The translations under genes and the position numbers were made by a program. Shown here one piece after another: positions 57,486-64,000 of a stretch of DNA of 64,000 nucleotides (position 1 is its first letter; each line of letters starts with the position of its first letter). The notes beneath the pieces were generated by a model. That model did no database searches. It had not been told where the DNA came from and saw only the letters and a program-made list of their open reading frames with translations. The stretch comes from an uncultured Acidobacteriota bacterium (GTDB lineage Bacteria; Acidobacteriota; JAQAZP01): assembly GCA_963836075.1 (NCBI GenBank), contig CAWIIB010000001.1, positions 896,001 to 960,000 on the forward strand, given 5' to 3'.

Positions 57486-57571
57486 ATTTGCCCGGTTTCA
57501 TGGACAATAGACAAAAGAGATGGACCCCGGACAGTACGTACCTCTTGTGACGATCACCCGGGAGGCCAACC

Positions 57572-60471
57572 ATGAGTTCTCATACCGCATTGATCATAGG
57601 AATCGCTCTTCTCGCCGCCCTGACGCTCACCCCGCCGGCCCTTTCCGCGACGCTGCATGTACCAGCCGAGTACCCCACCATCCAGGCCGGTATCGATGCC
57701 GCCGTGGACGGGGACACGGGTACCTGGTGGCCGACGGCACCTACACCGGGGACGGCAACCGCGACATCAATTTTCGGGGAAAGGGCATCACCGTCCGGTC
57801 GGCCAACGGGCCGGAAACCTGCATCCTGGATCTCGAAGCCAGTTATTGGGAAATGCACCGTGCATTTCTGTTCCAGGACAATGAGGACCGGACCTCCATA
57901 CTGCAGGGATTTACCATCACCAATGGGGACAACTCGTGGTTCAGTTTGCAGGGCGGAGCGATTTACTGCCTGGGGGCTTCGCCCACAATTGTCGACAATG
58001 TCATCACCGACTGCGGTGCAGGTTACGGTGGAGGGATCTATTGCGAAGGCGGTTCCCCTTCCATCATTCGCAATACCTTTTCGGACAACGTGGCATACAT
58101 CAACGAGGCCCCCGGCACGCCAGGAAAGGGGGGCGCCATCGCCCTGTTCAGTGGCGCCGAGCCGCTGATCTCCGAGAACACATTCAGCGGAAACAGGTCC
58201 AGCGAAGCCGGAGGGGCCATTTACTCCCGGGAATCATCGCCGATTATCACCGAAAACCAATTCGACGGGAACTGGACCTCGCCAGCCTTTCCCGACCTCC
58301 GCGGGGATGGAGGGACCATCTACTGCCTGAATGGGGGTCTGGTGGAGGATAACCAGATCGACAATGGCACAGCTGATGATGGTGGCGGTGTCCACGCCAG
58401 TGGCTCGGTGATCATCAGGGGCAATGTATTTGAAGACAATTCCGGCCATTGGGGCGGCGGAGCGATCCATGCGCACGGCCCGGTGCAGATCCGGGACAAT
58501 CTCATTCTCAGAAGCCGAGCCGACGATATCTTGTCCGGAGCGGGCATACATTTCACCGGCACCGGGGGGGTGGCCACGGGAAACATCATCATGGATACTC
58601 TGGGCACGGCCATATCCAACATTGGCGGCCCGGTGACCGTGGAGAACACGCTGCTGGTCAACTATGTCACTGCCTTATTTAGCCTCGATGAAATCGTCAT
58701 TCGCTCCTGCACCATCGTTGACAACCTGGATCCCTATGGGCCCACGATATTCCTTTTCGGCAACACCACAATCAGCGATTCGATCATCTGGGGCAACAGC
58801 CCGGACGGGGAGGCGATCCGGTTGCAGGACGCAGAACTCTCCATCCACCACTGCGACCTCGAAGGGGCGCAAACCTCCATTGAACTGATTAATGATGCCG
58901 CCCTCAATTGGGGCCCGGGGATGATCGACTCCGACCCACTGTTCATCGAGGGTGTCGATGGCTTCCACTACCTGTCCCAGACCGCTGCCGGTCAGGCGAT
59001 TGACAGCCCCTGCTTGGACCGGGGCAGCGCCTCGGCGGCAGACCTGGGTCTCGATCGTTCGACAACACGGACCGACCTGGTCCCCGACAGCGGAACCGTG
59101 GACATGGGCTACCACTCCCCTGCGCCGGGCAACGAACCGGACACCATGATCACCGGAGGCACATCTGGAACCACTGACTCGCCGATCGTCTGCTTCTCAT
59201 TCAGCGGGATCGACGACACCGACCCGCCTTCGTCCCTCACCTTCTCCCACCGCCTGGACAGCGGCCCCTGGTCCGACTACTCGGCGCAGACCGATGCCTG
59301 TTACGAAGACGTCGAGAACGGCAGCCACACTTTCGAGGTGCGCTCCCGGGATGCGGAAGGCAATGTCGATCCCTCCCCGGCCGTGCGGGTCTTTGCCACC
59401 ATTCCCTGGGACAAAAGCGGTTGGACCGGCCTGGTCACCGGACCGGGCCCCGGCCCGCTCAACCCTCCGCTGGTGCGAACACCACTGGCCCAGTGGGCGG
59501 CGTACGGCGTTTACCGGCATGGCGTCAATGTGGCCTGCGGAGATCTGGACGGCGACGGCACGGCGGAAGTGGTCACCGGTCCCGGCCCGGGACCGGTCTT
59601 CGGCCCCCACGTCCGCGGATGGGAACTGGATGGCACCCCGCTGGCCGGCGTGAACTATATTGCCTACGGCACGCTGAAATACGGGGTTAACGTGGCCTGC
59701 GGGGACATCGACGGCGACGGCTTTGACGAAATAGTGACCGGTGCCGGACCGGGCGCGGTCTTTGGCCCTCATGTCCGGGGGTGGAATTATGATGGCAGCG
59801 CTTCCACAACGGCCCTGCCGGAGGTCAGCTTTTTTGCCTACGGAACGCTGAAATACGGGGTCAACGTGGCCTGCGGGGACCTCGATGGCGACGGGTTCGA
59901 CGAGATCGTCAGCGGTGCCGGGCCGGGCGCGGTTTTCGGCCCCCATGTCCGGGCCTGGAACTGGGACGGGGACGGCAGCGTGATCCCAATCCAGGGTATC
60001 AGTTATTTTGCCTATGGCACCCTGAAATGGGGGGTCAACGTGGCCTGTGGAGACCTCGACGGGGACGGCATGGATGAAATCGTCACCGGGCCCGGACCGG
60101 GATCGATTTTCGGCGCCCACGTGCGGGGCTGGAACAGCGACGGTGGGCCGGCCACCCCGATACCGGGTATAAACTTTTTCGCCTACACTTCAAACCATGG
60201 CTGCGCGATGGGTGCCGGTGACATCGACGGTGATGATATCGACGAAATCCTCACCATGCCCGGGCCTGGTCCGGAAATGAACGCCCACCTACGGGCCTGG
60301 AACGCCAATGGCGGATCGGTCACCATCGTCCCGGAATACGACTTTCTCGCCTACGACGAGTGGTACACCCACGGCGGACGTGTGGCCGGCGTCGTGATGG
60401 CCATTCGCCGACGGTCTTCGGGGCCGCACCGGACACCATCCCCGGCAACGCTCCCCTCAAGGACCCGCTGA
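57572..60471 (+). CDS. Secreted beta-helix + Ig-like + FG-GAP-like repeat protein, frameshift at ~57718-57724
   Basis: ATG57572 after GGAGG with signal peptide and PTIQAGIDAA; two extra bases disrupt DTVLVADG; remainder in ORF 57520..60471. Confidence 0.8.
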
Positions 60472-60494
60472 CCTGGCGATGTGGCCATCGAGTT

Positions 60495-62738
60495 TCAGAT
60501 GAGCCTTCCGGCGAAGCGGCCGGCACTGCGGACGAAGATGGTGGTTTTGAGGCCGCCGGCCAGTTCCTCGAGGCTGGCGGCGTATTTCTCCTCGTCACCG
60601 GCCGCCGGCTCCCGCAGGCCAAGAAAGACCACGTCGGCGGTGCGGCTGCAATCTCGAATCAGCTCGGGGATGGTCTGGTCCTGCTCGAGAAGGATCACTT
60701 CGCTCTCGGCCTGGATGCGGGTGCCGGGGATCAGCTCGGCCAGGGCGGCCAGCTGTTTCTCCCGCTCCTCCTCGCTGCGGGCGATGGAGCGCACGCAGAG
60801 CCGGGCGTCCCGCCACTGGGGATTGAGGGTCAGCAGGTAGGCCAGCAGCAGCATCAGGTCGCCGTTGTTCTGCAGCCCGCCCCACCAGAGGTCGATCCGT
60901 TTCTGCTGCCCCGGTTCGTGGGCCCAGTTGATCCGGGAAATGATCGTGCTGATCCCCAGGGCGGAGAGGGTGCGCATCATCCGCAGTTGGGACATCAACC
61001 GCTCGGGCTGCCGGGACCAGCCGAACATCACAGTATTCGAGTGCAGGCCGGCAATGCCGTTGGCCTGGGCCACGTCCACCACCCCCCGCTCGAAGTCCTT
61101 GACCACGTTCACCTCGGCAAAGGCCACCAGGCCCTCCTGATCCATGTCGCGGTCCATCTCCTGCCGCGTCTCCTCGACCAGATGTGCGTTTTCTTCCAGG
61201 CCACCGGTGACCAGGCGGCAGACGGTGACCACCCCGCGGTTCTGGTTGAACCAGCAGGCCAGGCGCACCAGGCTGATCCGCTTGTTCGGGTCGCCGGCAA
61301 AGAGCAGGATGTTGGGCCGCCAGTTGCGGGCGTCGGAACGATGATTCTTCAGCTGGAGCAGGGCGAAGCGGGCCATGGCCATCCAGACGCCGGCCCGCAC
61401 ATCCCCCCAGCGCTTGCGCATACTGCGACGGCGGAGATAGATGTAGAGCATGAACTCGAGGCTCACGGCAATGACACAGGCCAGCGGGCTGATGAGGAAC
61501 ATCACCACGATGGCGCCCAGCGACCCGAGGATCGAAACATACCAGGGAACAGCGATGGTCGGGCGGTAGGAGGGGTCGCCCACCAGCTTTTCCAGCGCCG
61601 CGCTGAGGTTGATCATCACGTAGAGGGTGAGGAAGAGGATGGTGACGAACCGGGCCACCGAGTTGAGATCGCCCAGCCCAACCGCGGCCAGGGCGATGAT
61701 CCCGCTCATCAGCGTGGCGACCAGCGGCTGACCGGTCTTTGAAAGCCGGGCAAAGACCGCAGGGGCCAGGCCGTCATTGGCCAGTGCCTGCAGCACCCGC
61801 GGCCCGCCCAGAACGCTGCCGAAAGCCGAGGAGAGGATGGCGCCCCACAGGCCGGGGAAAACCAGCCAGGCGCCGAGCACGGCCACCTTGACCCAGATCA
61901 CCCCGGGCTCGGCCAGCTCCGCCCCGCTGACCCGCGCGGTGACGGCCAGCAGGACCGGGATGCAGAGGTAGACCAGAGTTCCGGTGGCCACCGCGCCCAG
62001 GGTGCCGCGGGGGATCGACTTGCGGGGATCCTTCAGGTCGCCGCTCATGCCGATGCCGGCGGTGAACCCGGTGACCGCGGGGAAAAAGATGGCGAAGACA
62101 TACCAGAAGCCCAGCGGCGCGGTACGGTAGGTGGGGGTCCACTCGGGCGATTGCAGGCCGCCGCTGAGAGCGCCGACGACCAGGGCCACCAGCGACAGCC
62201 CCACCGCGATCATGATCGGGATCTGCAGCCGCAGGGCCAGCCCGGCGCTCTTGCCGGCGATGAGGGTGATCACCACGATGATCGCCGCGGCCAGGCCCAT
62301 CTCGGTGTAGGGGGGGATCAAGCCCCAGGCGGCGGGCCAAAACGCCAGCAGCGATTCGGAAAGGCCGTAGCTGTAGAAGGTGATGCTCAGCGTGCGGCAG
62401 AGAAAGAGCGGGATGCCGATGGCCCCGCCCAGCTCCAGCCCCAGGCTGCGGGAGATCATGAAATACTCTCCGCCCACCCCCACCTGCATGTTGGTGGAGA
62501 CGGCCGAAGCGCTGAGAGCGGTGATAAAGGTGATGGTGCTGGCCAGCAGGACGATGAGGATGGTGATGCCCAGGCCCACATTGCCCACCACCCAGCCAAA
62601 GCGCAGATACATGATCAGGCCGAGGATGGTCAGGACACTGGGGGTGTAGACACCGAGGAAGGTGCCGAACTTCTCGCTGGAGGGAGCAGCGGCGTCGGCC
62701 GTGCCGGTGTGGCTCTCGCTTGAGTTGGTATCGGTCAT
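60495..62738 (-). CDS. SLC12/cation-chloride-cotransporter-like APC transporter
   Basis: FGTFLGVYTP..ILG..YLRFGWVVG, SRSLG.E.GG.IG, FFPAVTG..AG..MSGDLKDP..SIP.GT, NWRP, IDLWW. Confidence 0.85.
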   Translation of the reverse strand: MTDTNSSESHTGTADAAAPSSEKFGTFLGVYTPSVLTILGLIMYLRFGWVVGNVGLGITILIVLLASTITFITALSASAVSTNMQVGVGGEYFMISRSLGLELGGAIGIPLFLCRTLSITFYSYGLSESLLAFWPAAWGLIPPYTEMGLAAAIIVVITLIAGKSAGLALRLQIPIMIAVGLSLVALVVGALSGGLQSPEWTPTYRTAPLGFWYVFAIFFPAVTGFTAGIGMSGDLKDPRKSIPRGTLGAVATGTLVYLCIPVLLAVTARVSGAELAEPGVIWVKVAVLGAWLVFPGLWGAILSSAFGSVLGGPRVLQALANDGLAPAVFARLSKTGQPLVATLMSGIIALAAVGLGDLNSVARFVTILFLTLYVMINLSAALEKLVGDPSYRPTIAVPWYVSILGSLGAIVVMFLISPLACVIAVSLEFMLYIYLRRRSMRKRWGDVRAGVWMAMARFALLQLKNHRSDARNWRPNILLFAGDPNKRISLVRLACWFNQNRGVVTVCRLVTGGLEENAHLVEETRQEMDRDMDQEGLVAFAEVNVVKDFERGVVDVAQANGIAGLHSNTVMFGWSRQPERLMSQLRMMRTLSALGISTIISRINWAHEPGQQKRIDLWWGGLQNNGDLMLLLAYLLTLNPQWRDARLCVRSIARSEEEREKQLAALAELIPGTRIQAESEVILLEQDQTIPELIRDCSRTADVVFLGLREPAAGDEEKYAASLEELAGGLKTTIFVRSAGRFAGRLI

Positions 62739-62900
62739 GAATGTATCAGCGATCCTGCCATGGCCCGCATCTGGTTACCATACAGCTTCAGTGTGAAAAG
62801 CATAGTTCTCTCGAGCAGGCGCGTCAAGGAGCCGCTGTTGTCCATCAAGAATAAATGACATACTGTGGGCAGCTGTACACTCAACAAAGGGAGCAGAACA

Positions 62901-64000
62901 TTGCCGATTCGATCGACACGGCTGTTTTTCAAAGCCGCCCACGACTTCACCCGCACATGGCCGCGTCTGCTGGCCGTCGATATGGTTTACAAGATCATCG
63001 CCTTCGTGGTGCTGGCGCCGCTGGCGGGCTTGACCCTCAAACTGTTCATGATGACCAGGGACAGCTCGGTTCTCGCCGACATGGACATTCTCTATTTCGT
63101 CCTCAGCCCGGCGGGCCTGGCGGCGCTGGTGGTGCTCGGGTCGCTGGGCCTGGCCATCCTGGCCCTCGAGCAGGCCTGCCTGATGGCCATAGGTTTCGGA
63201 GAATCCCGGAACCTGCGGCTCTCCACCACCGAAGCCCTGTGGTACGGAGCCCGGCACGCCTGGCCCACGGTGATGATGGCGCTGCGCATCTTTCTCCGCA
63301 CCCTGCTCATCGCCCTGCCCTTCCTCGCCGCGGGCGGCCTGGTCTACCTGCTGCTCCTCCGGCAGTACGACATCAACTACTACCTGGCCCAGCGCCCACC
63401 GGCCTTCTTCTTCGCCGCCGGCGCCATTGCCATCCTGCTGGCCGTGATGGCCGTGCTGGTCATCCGACGACTGCTGGGCTGGGCCTTTGCACTGCCGCTG
63501 CTGCTCTTCGAGGGTTTCGGTGCGGCGCAGGCATTGACCACCAGTGCCCAGCGGACGGCGGGACACAAACGGGTGGTGGGGATAACCCTTATGGCCTGGG
63601 GCGCCGCGGCGGCCCTGCTGTCGTCGCTGCCGCTGGCCGTGGTGGGTATGGTGAGCCACTGGCTGGTTCCACGGTTTTCAGACTCCATGGCCCTGGTCGT
63701 GATCGTCGTGGGCGGGTTCCTGCTGCTCTGGGGGCTGCTCAATCTGCTGGTGACGCTGGTCAATGCGGTACTGTTCGCGCTGCTCATCGTTCGTCTGTAC
63801 GACACGCTGGGCAGCACGCCCGAAGCGCGGTTGTCCGGCATGACCTTCTCCGAAAAATCGGCCCTGGGCAAGACGTGGCGGATAACCCCGAAAATGGCGA
63901 GCAGCGCTCTGGTGCTGACCACGGTCCTGGCGGCGCTGGCCGGCTACGTCCTGCTGGAGAGTGTGAGATTTGACGATGATGTCATCGTCATCGCCCACCG
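62901..64000 (+). CDS. Membrane-domain glycerophosphodiester phosphodiesterase, 3'-truncated
   Basis: TTG after AAGGGAG; open frame with multiple TM helices ending in VIAHR (GDPD start motif) at the window edge; absent from ORF track because no stop. Confidence 0.75.
   Translation, partial: MPIRSTRLFFKAAHDFTRTWPRLLAVDMVYKIIAFVVLAPLAGLTLKLFMMTRDSSVLADMDILYFVLSPAGLAALVVLGSLGLAILALEQACLMAIGFGESRNLRLSTTEALWYGARHAWPTVMMALRIFLRTLLIALPFLAAGGLVYLLLLRQYDINYYLAQRPPAFFFAAGAIAILLAVMAVLVIRRLLGWAFALPLLLFEGFGAAQALTTSAQRTAGHKRVVGITLMAWGAAAALLSSLPLAVVGMVSHWLVPRFSDSMALVVIVVGGFLLLWGLLNLLVTLVNAVLFALLIVRLYDTLGSTPEARLSGMTFSEKSALGKTWRITPKMASSALVLTTVLAALAGYVLLESVRFDDDVIVIAH

Noticed and set aside
45560-60300. Regularly spaced ~171-bp repeats as possible CRISPR array or DGR template/variable repeats
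   Set aside because: Repeats are in-frame coding units with synonymous variation; no cas or reverse transcriptase gene, and no evident adenine-specific mismatch pattern
60396-60471. Basic C-terminal extension of the last propeller protein as a sorting signal
   Set aside because: Not shared with the three paralogs; may be stop loss or another indel error
43700-60480. Array as an integrative mobile island
   Set aside because: No integrase, transposase, tRNA or att repeats visible; composition similar to the backbone

Overview
GC-rich bacterial chromosomal window. An Acidobacteriota-like lineage is my inference from MreB/GroEL style and gene order, not a tested assignment. Layout: (1) 1-11.2 kb surface-glycosylation cluster (GT2/GT4, methyltransferase, DUF2304, TMTC-like GT-C with TPRs). 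(2) 11.2-13 kb orphan secreted acidic beta-rich protein with a long AT-rich, hairpin-rich upstream region. (3) 13-43.6 kb mostly housekeeping: two sigma54 response regulators, DegP, ligA, histidine kinase, CIRCE-controlled groES/groEL, GldAFG-like ABC system with DUF4340, hflX, GAF/HD-GYP, FecR-like gene then mreBCD-mrdA-rodA-rng, PpiD. (4) 43.7-60.5 kb array of six large signal-peptide proteins built from interchangeable modules, with a RES-Xre toxin-antitoxin pair embedded. The N-terminal cargoes are a parallel beta-helix, a HEXXH metallopeptidase and a gingipain-like C25 peptidase. They end in one of two C-terminal modules: a highly conserved ~57-aa FG-GAP-like repeat domain (4 genes) or an unrecognised ~125-aa 'WRAGY..YNQPPY' domain (2 genes). 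(5) SLC12/CCC-like transporter and a partial membrane GDPD. The modular secreted-protein array is the best candidate for an undescribed system. Several single-base frameshifts look like long-read errors.
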